Positions 9,201-23,055 are shown, counted from the stretch's first letter. The stretch is DNA of 64,000 nt from Dehalococcoidia bacterium (GCA_963692775.1 OY839116.1:3149334-3213333), one strand, 5' to 3'. A program made the numbers and translations. The notes: generated by a model not told the origin, from the letters alone.

Positions 9201-10493
9201 CGGCCTTCGGGCCGGGCGAGGATTGAAACCGGTTCACGATCTCGCGCAGCAGCTCCGTCTCGGCGGGTAGCGCCCGGCCTTCGGGCCGGGCGAGGATTGA
9301 AACGCGCAGGGCGCCCATCTCGCGCAGCAGCTCCGGCGTGTAGCGCCCGGCCTTCGGGCCGGGCGAGGATTGAAACTCCGGCAACCGCGCGGGCCTCGGC
9401 AACGCGACGATCTCGTAGCGCCCGGCCTTCGGGCCGGGCGAGGATTGAAACTCACGAGAACCTGCGAATCGACATAATCCTACGCCTGTAGCGCCCGGCC
9501 TTCGGGCCGGGCGAGGATTGAAACTCGACGACATGGAGCTTGCCGCCCGCGATCGCGATGTAGCGCCCGGCCTTCGGGCCGGGCGAGGATTGAAACCGCT
9601 ACGGTCAGCGATTGAACCGCTTAGGACGGGAGCCGTAGCGCCCGGCCTTCGGGCCGGGCGAGGATTGAAACTGGCGCATGAGCAAGTTGGCCGCTCAGAT
9701 TATTCGCCGGTAGCGCCCGGCCTTCGGGCCGGGCGAGGATTGAAACCTTCCGCTGCCTGTTGCCCTTGATCCGCCGATCCACCAGGTAGCGCCCGGCCTT
9801 CGGGCCGGGCGAGGATTGAAACGTCAAGCTCATCGCGCCGCCTTACGCGAAGCAGCCGCCGTAGCGCCCGGCCTTCGGGCCGGGCGAGGATTGAAACGGG
9901 TGGCTGCCGGACGCCGGGGCGGTGGCGGCGCGGGAGTAGCGCCCGGCCTTCGGGCCGGGCGAGGATTGAAACGTAGAGCAGGATGGCGACCAGCCCCCCG
10001 ACCGCGAAGTAGCGCCCGGCCTTCGGGCCGGGCGAGGATTGAAACGACAACACCGGCTGGGACGACGCCGCCGCCCTCGCCGGTAGCGCCCGGCCTTCGG
10101 GCCGGGCGAGGATTGAAACCTCTCGCCGGCCGTGCCGAGCGTGGCGGCCGGCGACTAGTAGCGCCCGGCCTTCGGGCCGGGCGAGGATTGAAACCTGCAG
10201 CGCGAGCTACAGGCCGCCCGGAGCGAGGATGTAGCGCCCGGCCTTCGGGCCGGGCGAGGATTGAAACGCGTAGCCCGCCTCGAGGTCGCGGCCCGCGCTC
10301 CGGTAGTAGCGCCCGGCCTTCGGGCCGGGCGAGGATTGAAACCGCGACGGCGACCTCGAGGGCGACGATGCGATCCGCCAGGTAGCGCCCGGCCTTCGGG
10401 CCGGGCGAGGATTGAAACGCCTCGAGCGTGGTCGACGAGGAGCACGCCCGCGCCCGGTAGCGCCCGGCCTTCGGGCCGGGCGAGGATTGAAAC
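6298..10493 (+). CRISPR. CRISPR array: 57 identical 37-nt repeats (GTAGCGCCCGGCCTTCGGGCCGGGCGAGGATTGAAAC) and 56 spacers of 35-40 nt
   Basis: Repeat starts were mapped by eye (6298, 6371, 6445 ... 10382, 10457). The repeat ends in ATTGAAAC, as in type I-C repeats. It contains a GCCCGGCC/GGCCGGGC stem closed by a TTCG loop. Orientation matches the cas operon. Confidence 0.97.
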
Positions 10494-11404
10494 AAGACAT
10501 CGCCGTGCTCGCCCCCACCGGGCGGCGCTGCGACACCGCCAACCCCTACCAGGACGCGCAGCTGCCCGACGGCTCGCGGCTCAACGTCGCGATCCCGCCC
10601 GTCGCCCGCGACCCCGTGATCACGATCCGCAAGTTCGTGCTCTCCGACTTCCCGCTCGAGGCGATGGCCGGCGCCGGCGCCCTCACCAACGAGGCCGCCG
10701 AGTTCCTCGACTCCGCCGTGCGCGCGCAATGCAACATCCTCGTCGCCGGCGGCACCGGCTCCGGCAAGACGACCTTCCTCAACGCCCTCGGCCAGCGCGT
10801 CGACGGGCCGAACGAGCGGATCGTCGTGATCGAGGAGACGGCCGAGCTGCAGCTGCACCTGCAGGTGCTCGACTGCGTCTCCCTGCAGGCGCGGCCGTCC
10901 GGCGCCGACGGCTCGGGCGGCGTCACGATCCGCCAGCTCGTGACCAACGCGCTGCGCATGCGCCCGACCCGCATCATCGTCGGCGAGGTGCGCGGCGGCG
11001 AGGCGCGCGACATGCTCACCGCGATGTCCTCGGGCCACGACGGCTCGATGTGCACCCTGCACGCCTCCTCCGCCCCCAACGGCGTGCTGCGGCTCATGCA
11101 CTACGCGCAGCGCACCGAGGAGCAGGCCTCCGAGGAGTCGCTGCTCTTCGAGATCGCCGCCGCGATCGATTTCGTCGTCTACCTTGAGCAGGACCACGAG
11201 ACGCAGCGCCGCTTCGTCTCCGCGATCTACGAGGTCGTCGGCGTCGAGGGCGGCGGCGACCTCGCCCGCATCACCGGCGCCAACATCTTCGAGCGCGGCC
11301 GCGACGGCGTGCTGCGCCACAGCGGCATCGCCGTGCACCACGCCCAGAAGTTCCGCCGCGCCGGCATCCTCGCCGGCGGACCGAAACCCTGGCTGCCCTC
11401 GTGA
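10494..11404 (+). pseudogene. cpaF: CpaF/TadA-type secretion ATPase lacking its 5' part; homology starts within a few nt of the last CRISPR repeat
   Basis: Motifs present: LPDGSRLNV...ITIRKF, Walker A (GGTGSGKTT) and His-box (GHDGSMCTLHA). No N-terminal domain and no credible start downstream of the array. The stop overlaps the tadB start (GTGA). Confidence 0.75.
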
Positions 11405-12397
11405 GCGCGACGCCGCTGCTGCTGCTCGCGGCGGGAGCCGTCGCGGCCGGGCCCGTGCTGGCCGCCCTCTCCGCAACCCGCGCGCTGGCGCGGCGCGAGC
11501 GCGAGGCCGCCGCGCCGGGCGAGCTCGAGCGGCAGGCGCGCTACCGGCCGCGCCGCGCCGCGCGGGCGCAGTCCCTGACGGCGCGGCTCTTCCCGATCGA
11601 CGACCTCGGACTGCCGCGCGCGCAGGCCGTGCTCGCGATCGCCGGCGGGACCGCCGCCTGGTGGCTGCTGCTCTCGCTCGCGCTCGGACTGCCGATCGCC
11701 GCCGCCGGCTCCGCGCTGCTGCTCGGCTACTTCGCGCCGCGCCAGCTCGCCGGGATCCGCGCCGACCGCCGCCGCGCCGCCACCGAGACGGCGATCGCCA
11801 ACTCGATCGCCGCGCTGCGCGACTTCATCCGCTCCGGCTCCTCGATCAACCGCGCCCTGCAGCAGCTCTCCGAGTCGGGCCCGCTGCTGCTGCGCCCGGA
11901 GTTCCGCCAGCTCTCCTCCGATATCGCCGCGCACGGCTTCGAGACCGCGATCGCGCGCTCCCAGGAACGCCTCGCCCACCCCGCCTGGGACTCGACCGCG
12001 CTCGCCCTCGCCTACTCGCACCGCGCCGGCGGCACCGCGATCAGCCCCGTCATGGACCGCCTCGCCGCCTCCGTCCAGGGCCGTATCGGCGTGCGCTCCG
12101 AGGCGCGCGCGCGCCAGACCGAGTCCGTGCTCACCGGACGCGTGCTCGCCGTCTCCCCGCTCGCCCTGCTCGCCGGCCCTCGCCTTCGCCAACCGCCCCC
12201 TGCTCGCGGAGTTCACGAACCCGCTTGGGCAGATCGTGATCGTCGTGATCCTCGGCATGGTGCTGCTCGGCTACCTCTGGATGATGCGCATCGCCGCCCT
12301 GCCCGCGGACCGCCGCGTGCTGCTCCCGCCGGCCGACGTCACCGAGCGGATCGTGGCCGCCGCGGGGGAGCGGACGCCGCGCGGCCCGGCCCCGTGA
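11401..12397 (+). pseudogene. tadB: TadB-like T2SS-F family membrane protein with a +1 frameshift in a C-run near 12176-12180
   Basis: Frame 1 reads a TadB-like sequence up to ...LAVSPLALLAG. The typical C-terminus LAFANRPLLAEFTNPLGQIVIVVILGMVLLGYLWMMRI continues in frame 2 to the TGA at 12395-12397. Confidence 0.65.
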
Positions 12398-12653
12398 ACA
12401 CCCTGATCGCGGCGGCGCTGCTCAGCGGCCTCGGCTTCGGCCTGCTCGCCCACGCGCTCGTGCTCGCCGCGCGCCGCCCGCATGCCGGCGAGCTGCTCGA
12501 CGCGCTCGGAACCGAGGCCGCCCGGGCGCGCGCGGCCAGGCGCGCGCCTCGCGCCGCCACCGAGCCGCTGATCCGCTCCTCGCCGCTGCTCAACGGGCTC
12601 GTGCAGCCGCCGCTGCTCGCGCTCGGCGAGCTGCTCGCCGCGAGGCCGGTGTC
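12394..12653 (+). pseudogene. tadC: TadC-like gene, N-terminal ~87 codons only, cut off by hairpin element copy a
   Basis: The GTG start overlaps the tadB stop. The hydrophobic N-terminus is VNTLIAAALLSGLGFGLLAHAL. The reading frame runs into the repeat at 12654. Confidence 0.5.
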
Positions 12654-12747
12654 GTGTCGCCGGGGTTCGAACCCCGGCCTTCGTTGAGCGTGCGCCACGG
12701 CGTTCGTCCCGGCGTCGATGTGGGCGATGTGTCGCCGGGATTCGACC
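12654..12747 (+). repeat. Hairpin element copy a (12654-12690), a 38-nt intervening segment, and copy b (12729-12747, first 19 nt only)
   Basis: Copy a is GTGTCGCCGGGGTTCGAACCCCGGCCTTCGTTGAGCG. Copy b is GTGTCGCCGGGATTCGACC and ends abruptly at the IS21-type end. Confidence 0.85.
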
Positions 12748-13047
12748 TGTCGATCGTCAGGGTCTATAGACCACCCGTCGCCACAGTCATTGGACCACCC
12801 CGGGCAGCCGGTAGAGCGGCTTGGTATCAGTGAGCAGTAGGTCTCGTCAATCAGCTCCTTCCTGCGCCTCGAGCAGGGCGCGGTGCGGGGAGAGCCGCTG
12901 ACGGTAGCTCTCGCCCTCGATCACGATCTGGTAGCTGGCGTTGGCGAGCCGGTCGAGGGCGGAGTTGCCGAGGATCGGGTCGTCGAAGAGGCCGAGCCAC
13001 TCCTCAGCGGCACGGTTCGAGGTCACCACGAAGAGTCGATCGGCTGG
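12748..13047 (-). mobile_element. istB: IS21-family remnant: terminal region plus the 3' end of istB (the istB fragment is ~12847-13047)
   Basis: The minus-strand translation ...SNRAAEEWLGLFDDPILGNSALDRLANASYQIVIEGESYRQRL stops at 12847, which is an IstB-like C-terminus by recall. The ~100 bp beyond the stop carries repeated GACCACCC motifs, as in multi-repeat IS21 ends. Upstream istB and istA are absent. Confidence 0.6.
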
Positions 13048-13382
13048 GTGTCGCCGGGGGTAGACCACCGGCCTTCGTTGAGCGTGCCGCGGGCCGTGCA
13101 CCGCGTCGCACAGGCGTGGATGTGTCGCCGGGGGTAGACCCCCCGGCCTTCGTTGAGCGTGCCGCGGGCCGTGCACCGCGTCGCACAGGCGTGGATGTGT
13201 CGCCGGGGGTAGACCCCCCGGCCTTCGTTGAGCGTGCCGCGGGCCGTGCACCGCGTCGCACAGGCGTGGATGTGTCGCCGGGGGTAGACCCCCGGCCTTC
13301 GTTGAGCGCATCGTAGATGAAGGTGGGTGAAGGAGAGATGAATGAGTGTCGCCGGGGGCAGCCTCCCGGCCTTTGTTGAGCG
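13048..13382 (+). repeat. Five hairpin elements (copies c-g) at 74-75-bp periodicity: 37-38-nt elements separated by 37-nt segments
   Basis: Copies start at 13048, 13122, 13197, 13272 and 13346. Three intervening segments are identical (TGCCGCGGGCCGTGCACCGCGTCGCACAGGCGTGGAT). The fourth (13309-13345) is unrelated and AT-richer. Confidence 0.9.
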
Positions 13383-13394
13383 GCTGTAGGGGCC

Positions 13395-15173
13395 ATGGGC
13401 ACAGATCAACTGCTCGTCGTGTTCGTACTCGCTCTCACGCTCGCGGGCTTCGCCTGGGGGCGCTGGCGCTACGACGCGGTGGCGCTGCTCGCGCTACTCA
13501 CGCTCGTGCTGGGCGGCGTCGTGCCGGGCGAGCGAGCCTTCGCCGGCTTCGGCCACCCCGCCGTCGTCACGGTCGCCGCGGTGCTCGTCGTCAGCCGCGG
13601 CCTGCAGAACTCAGGCGCCGTCGACACGGTGGCCCGTGTGCTCACCCTCGCAGGCGGTTCGCTCACCCGCCAGATCGCGGCCACCTCCGGGCTGGCGGCG
13701 GCGCTCTCGGCGTTCATCAACAACGTCGGCGCGCTGGCCGTCCTCATGCCGACGACGCTGCGCCTCGCCCGCCAGGCGGGCAACCGGCCGTCCGCCGTGC
13801 TCATGCCGCTTGCCTTCGCCTCGCTGCTCGGCGGCCTCGTCACGCTCGTCGGCACCCCGCCCAACATCGTGATCGCCTCCTTCCGGGCGGAGACATCCGG
13901 GGAGCCGTTCGCGATGTTCGACTTCGCGCCGGTTGGCCTCGGCGTCGCGTTCGCGGGTCTCGCCTTTGTCTCGCTGGTCGGCTGGCGGTTGATCCCGCGG
14001 CGCGAGGAGGCGGTGAGCGAGCAGCTCTTCGAGATCGACGACTACCTCTTCGAGCTCCGGGCGCCGCGCGGCTCCCCGGCGATCGGGCGGACCATCGCCG
14101 AGCTCGGCTCGGAGACGGACGCCGAGTTCATCGTGCTCGCGCTCGTGCGCGGCGAACGGCGGATCGACATCCCCTGGAGTTTCGAGACGTTGCGCGCGGG
14201 AGACGTCCTGGCCGTCGAGGCGAGCAGCGAGGCGCTCGACGCGCTCGTCGCCGCGGCCGGGCTGGAAATTGCGGGCGGAAGCGGCGGCGCGGCGGCGGGG
14301 CCGGGCGGCGGCGACATCGTGCTCGCCGAGGCGGTGATCATGGACGGCTCGCAGCTGCAGGGGCGGACGGTCGTGCAGGCCGATCTGCGGCAGCGCCACC
14401 ACGTCAACGTGCTGGCGATTTCGCGCGGCGACAGGCAACGCTTCACCGCCCGCATGCAGGATCTGGCGCTCGAGGCAGGGGACGTGCTGCTCCTCCAGGC
14501 GGATCGCCGCGAGTTGCCCTCCACGCTCGAAACGCTACACTGCCTGCCGCTGGCCGAGCGCGAGCTCGCCGCCGGGCGCCGCGAGCGCCGCGCGCTGCTC
14601 GCGACCTCGATCTTCGGCGGTGCCCTCGTGCTGGCGGCCGTGCTGCGGCTGCTGCCGATCCAGGCCGCGCTGGCGCTCGCCGCCGCGGTGATGGGGCTGA
14701 TCGGGCTGGTCTCGCCCAAGGAGGTCTACGAGTCGATCGACTGGCGGGTGATCGTGCTGCTGGGCGCGATGATCCCGGTCGGCGGGGCGCTGGAGGAGAC
14801 GGGGCTCGCGGCCGAGACGGCGGCGGCGCTCGTCGCGGTCAGCGGCGGCTGGCCGCTGTGGACGAACGTCGCCGTGGTGCTCGTGACCTCGATGTTCCTG
14901 TCGGACCTCGTCAACAACACGGCGGCGGCGGTGCTCATGGCGCCGATCGCGCTCGGCGTCGCGGGCGGACTCTCCGCGCCGGCGGATCCGTTTCTCATGG
15001 CCGTCGCGGTGGGAGCCTCGGCGGCGTTCCTGACTCCGATCGGCCACCAGTCGAACCTGCTGGTGATGGGGCCGGGCGGCTATCGCTTCGGCGACTACTG
15101 GCGGCTGGGGCTGCCACTCGAGGCCGTGATCACGGCCGTCGCCGTGCCGCTGATCGTGCTGGTCTGGGCGTAA
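13395..15173 (+). CDS. SLC13/DASS-family permease with two central TrkA-C (RCK_C) domains
   Basis: 592-aa intact ORF with polytopic hydrophobic N- and C-terminal halves. The central soluble segments have an RCK_C-like pattern (LFELRAPRGSPAIGRTIAEL..., VIMDGSQLQGRTVVQADL...). Confidence 0.8.
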   Translation: MGTDQLLVVFVLALTLAGFAWGRWRYDAVALLALLTLVLGGVVPGERAFAGFGHPAVVTVAAVLVVSRGLQNSGAVDTVARVLTLAGGSLTRQIAATSGLAAALSAFINNVGALAVLMPTTLRLARQAGNRPSAVLMPLAFASLLGGLVTLVGTPPNIVIASFRAETSGEPFAMFDFAPVGLGVAFAGLAFVSLVGWRLIPRREEAVSEQLFEIDDYLFELRAPRGSPAIGRTIAELGSETDAEFIVLALVRGERRIDIPWSFETLRAGDVLAVEASSEALDALVAAAGLEIAGGSGGAAAGPGGGDIVLAEAVIMDGSQLQGRTVVQADLRQRHHVNVLAISRGDRQRFTARMQDLALEAGDVLLLQADRRELPSTLETLHCLPLAERELAAGRRERRALLATSIFGGALVLAAVLRLLPIQAALALAAAVMGLIGLVSPKEVYESIDWRVIVLLGAMIPVGGALEETGLAAETAAALVAVSGGWPLWTNVAVVLVTSMFLSDLVNNTAAAVLMAPIALGVAGGLSAPADPFLMAVAVGASAAFLTPIGHQSNLLVMGPGGYRFGDYWRLGLPLEAVITAVAVPLIVLVWA

Positions 15174-15195
15174 GGCGCGTCCTCGCCGGGGCGCA

Positions 15196-15546
15196 AGACC
15201 GTGACTTCCGCGCGGCTCAGCTCCCGCCGCCCGCTCGCAGGCGCACGCGATCCGCGCTGCGGCCTCCTCGAGGTCTTCGGCGCTCGCCGTCGACCAGGCG
15301 AGGTGGCTGCAGCCACCGCCGGGGTCGCCGCCGCGCTCGTCGTGGTCCGGGAAGAAGGCGCGGCCGCCCGGGAAGACGACGCCCTCGACGAGCGACTCGC
15401 GCTGCGCGGTGTCGGCGCTCAGGCCGCCGCGCAGCCGCACCCAGAGGAAGAATTCGCATCGAGGGCCGCGGAAGTCGGCATACGGCTTGGCGTACTCGCG
15501 CAGCCCGCGCTGCAGGGGCTTCGGCCTTGCGCGCGTAGAGCGCCGG
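15196..15546 (-). pseudogene. C-terminal fragment of a class I/II PLP-dependent aminotransferase
   Basis: The minus-strand translation ...FFLWVRLRGGLSADTAQRESLVEGVVFPGGRAFF... matches the conserved aminotransferase C-terminal pattern. No N-terminal part is present. It abuts the transposase fragment at ~15547. Confidence 0.5.
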
Positions 15547-16260
15547 CATGCTGCTCCAGGTCGACGGCAGCCATCACGCCTGGCTCGAGCAGCGCGGCCC
15601 GCGCTTCTGCCTCCTGCTCGGCGTCGACGACGCCACCGGCGCCGTCGTGCACGCTCTCTTCCGTCCCGCCGAGGACGCGCGCGGCTAATTCCTGCTGATG
15701 GAGGGGTGCTGCGCCGCGCGGGCGTCCCGCTCGCCCTGTAGAGCGATCGCCACGCCGTCTTCCGGGCCTCCGCCCAGCAGCGCGCGGGACGCGGAGGCTC
15801 CACCCAGTTCGCCCGCGCGCTGGCGGAGCTGGGGGTCCGCCTGATCCTCGCCGCTCCCCGCAGGCCAAGGGCCGCGTGGAGCGCGTCGCCGGCACCCTCC
15901 AGGACCGCCTCGTGACCGAGCTGCGACTCGCCCGGGCGACCACCCTCTCCGAGGCGCAAGCCGTGCTTGATCGCTTCAACGCCCGCTTCGCCGTCGCCGC
16001 CCGCGAGCCCGAGTCAGCCTGGCGGCCGCTCGACCCGGCGCTCGACCTCGGCGCCGTCCTCGCCTTCCGCCACCCGCGCAGCGTCGCCCGTGACAACACC
16101 GTCAAGTACCGCTGACGCACGTTGCAGCTGCTGCCCTCCCCGGAGCGGACCAGCTACGCCGGGGTACAGGTCGAGGTGACCGAACGCCCCGGCGGGGAAC
16201 TCGCGGTGCGTCACCTGGGCGAGACCATCCCCAGCCAGCTCGCCCCGCCCCGAGCCGGTG
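15547..16260 (+). pseudogene. ISNCY-like (integrase-core) transposase, C-terminal two-thirds, with in-frame stops and frameshifts (fragment A)
   Basis: The translation reads MLLQVDGSHHAWLEQRGPRFCLLLGVDDATG... then, across frame breaks, ...RVAGTLQDRLVTELRLA...RDNTVKYR, a stop, then ...LQLLPSPERTSYAGVQVEVTERPGGELAV. Family assignment is by recall. Confidence 0.55.
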
Positions 16261-16524
16261 TGCTGCGCGAGCGCCGCTCCGAGCTGGCGCGCGACCCGCG
16301 CTCGAGCGGATCGCCTCCGGCCTCGGCTCGGGCGTTGCCTCGCCTGGCGGTCCGCAGCTCCCGCCTGCGGCGAACGGGACTGCCGCCAACGGCGCCTCGC
16401 CGCAGGCCAGAACCCGGCCGCTGCGCCCGCCCACCCCTCGCCAGCAGGCGCGCTGGGAAGGCTATCCAGCAGGCGCAGTTGCAGGGACTGTCGATGCGCG
16501 CCACCGCCTGGCTGCTCGGGCTCT

Positions 16525-17004
16525 CCCGCGTGACGCTACGTACTCGACAGAGTGGTGGCCGGAGATTTGCAAGCCTCGCAAGCCGCCGAGCTCCTGGGCA
16601 TCAGCGAGCGACACGCCTGGCGGCTCCTCGCCGCCTACCGCGCGCGCGGAGCGGCGGCGCTTGCGCACGGCAACTGCGGGCGCCGTCCCCACAACGCCAC
16701 CGCAGCCGACGTCGCCTCGGCCTGGTGCGCTTCGCCAGCTCGCGTTACCCGGGCGCGAATCACACGCACCTCGCCCGAGCTGCTCTGGGAGCACGAGGGC
16801 CTGGACCTGAGCTGGACGGTCCGCCGGATCCTGACGCGGGCCGGCATCGCGAGTCCCCGACGCCGCCGCCCGCCCGAGCACCGCGTCCGGCGTGAGCGGA
16901 TGCCGCGCGAGGGCATGCTGGTCCAGGTCGACAGCAGCCACCACGCCTGGCTCGATCAGCGAGGCCCGCGCTTCGCCCTCCTGCTCGCCGTCGACGATGC
17001 GCGG
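16525..17004 (+). pseudogene. ISNCY-like transposase, N-terminal third only (fragment B)
   Basis: HTH region LDRVVAGDLQASQAAELLGISERHAWRLLAAYRARGAAALAHGN, running on to ...[29 protein letters not shown]. It ends at the junction with the leuA fragment. Confidence 0.55.
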
Positions 17005-17007
17005 CCG

Positions 17008-17790
<783 letters not shown>

Positions 17791-17792
17791 AC

Positions 17793-17829
17793 GTGTCGCC
17801 GGGATTCGACCCCCGGCCTTTGTTGAGCG
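17793..17829 (+). repeat. Hairpin element copy h (GTGTCGCCGGGATTCGACCCCCGGCCTTTGTTGAGCG)
   Basis: It has the same conserved flanks as copies a-g, and its first 19 nt are identical to the truncated copy b. It sits exactly at the 5' breakpoint of the leuA fragment. Confidence 0.85.
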
Positions 17830-18033
17830 TCGCGCCATCGTGACGGTAACAAACGGAATCGATTAGTGTCGCAGGGATGATGACCGGAGACCCTTGTCGA
17901 CCGCCTCGATCGCCTGCCCTGAGCCTCCCGCAGGGGGCGGCCGGGGCGAAGATGGCCACAAGATGGCCACAACTGATCACCCTGTTGAGTACAATGCGCC
18001 AGGGAACGATCCGCGAGAACCCGCTGGCGACGT

Positions 18034-18121
<88 letters not shown>

Positions 18122-18200
18122 TGCCGTGGTCCGTCCAGCATCGCGCGAGGACGGCGACGCGACAAGCGCGGCGACGAGAGGTACGCGCGGGGGGTGAGGG

Positions 18201-18275
18201 TGGAGCGGAAGACGGGGGTCGAACCCGCGACCTCCTCCTTGGCAAGGAGGCGCTCTACCACTGAGCTACTTCCGC
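18201..18275 (-). tRNA. tRNA-Gly (anticodon GCC), CCA encoded
   Basis: The reverse complement is GCGGAAGTAGCTCAGTGGTAGAGCGCCTCCTTGCCAAGGAGGAGGTCGCGGGTTCGACCCCCGTCTTCCGCTCCA. Confidence 0.92.
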
Positions 18276-18441
18276 TCGCCTCGCCATGGTACGGCCAGCG
18301 CTCGCGCGCGGGCAACGTCGCGGCGATGAGATTGAGGAGCGCCCCTTGAGGCGCGGCGCGGCAGGGCGTAGGCTGGACGGACGCGCGCCGCACGTTTGTT
18401 CGCCGCTGTGCCGCAGACACGGCGCCGATGACGGAGTGCCG

Positions 18442-22809
<4,368 letters not shown>

Positions 22810-22821
22810 GGGGGTGCGCCC

Positions 22822-23055
22822 GTGAAGACAGTAGCTGTGGACGACAGCCTGTACGGAGCGCTTGAGGCCGCCTCCAATCGCGACGGCAGGCCAGTCCAGG
22901 AGCTCTTGAACGAGGCCATCGAGTCATGGCTCGCGGACACCGCACTCGATGATGCCGAGCGCTCCGTGATCGAGCGGTCGAGGCTCGAAGCCGCCGAGCA
23001 GGGCGGCGTCGAGTTCGAGCAGTTCTTCAAGGAACTGCTGGGCGACCGGGATTGA
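22822..23055 (+). CDS. Small (77 aa) ribbon-helix-helix/CopG-like protein; antitoxin-like, with no partner gene
   Basis: GTG start with the SD GAGGGGG upstream. The N-terminus MKTVAVDDSLYGALEAASNRDGRPVQELLNEAI fits a beta-strand plus two-helix RHH pattern. Confidence 0.5.
   Translation: MKTVAVDDSLYGALEAASNRDGRPVQELLNEAIESWLADTALDDAERSVIERSRLEAAEQGGVEFEQFFKELLGDRD

Noticed and set aside
6030-10542. Dozens of ORFs on both strands inside the CRISPR array, with reiterated peptides such as SARPSGRARIET, VAPGLRAGRGLK and FQSSPGPKAGRY
   Set aside because: The repetitive peptides are simply translations of the 37-nt repeat in different frames. They have no independent coding signal.
12654-12690. 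Possible tRNA or tRNA 3'-half (att-site remnant), suggested by GGGGTTCGAACCCC and GGGATTCGACCCCC T-arm-like sequences in the hairpin elements
   Set aside because: The loop is 4-6 nt rather than a canonical 7-nt T-loop. There is no acceptor, D or anticodon arm and no CCA context. There is no similarity to the 3' ends of the two real tRNAs at 18.0-18.3 kb.
12654-13382. Integron attC sites, because each element ends with GTTGAGC, which fits the GTTRRRY core site
   Set aside because: No inverse core (RYYYAAC) lies at the 5' side. No intI integrase or attI is present in the window. The intervening segments are 37 nt, not gene cassettes.
12847-13409. Minus-strand ORFs of 128-154 aa with triplicated peptide blocks (for example GGLPPATHPRLCDAVHGPRHAQRRP x3)
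   Set aside because: The repetition is the translation of the 75-bp tandem DNA repeat. Only the C-terminal ~65 residues (12847-13047) look like a real protein (IstB).
17841-18033. Possible integrase att site or third tRNA upstream of tRNA-Leu (tandem GATGGCCACA x2 at ~17951-17974 and a small hairpin at ~17912-17940)
   Set aside because: No cloverleaf can be drawn. The 10-nt tandem repeat is too short to interpret. No copy of it or of the tRNA 3' end was found elsewhere in the window.
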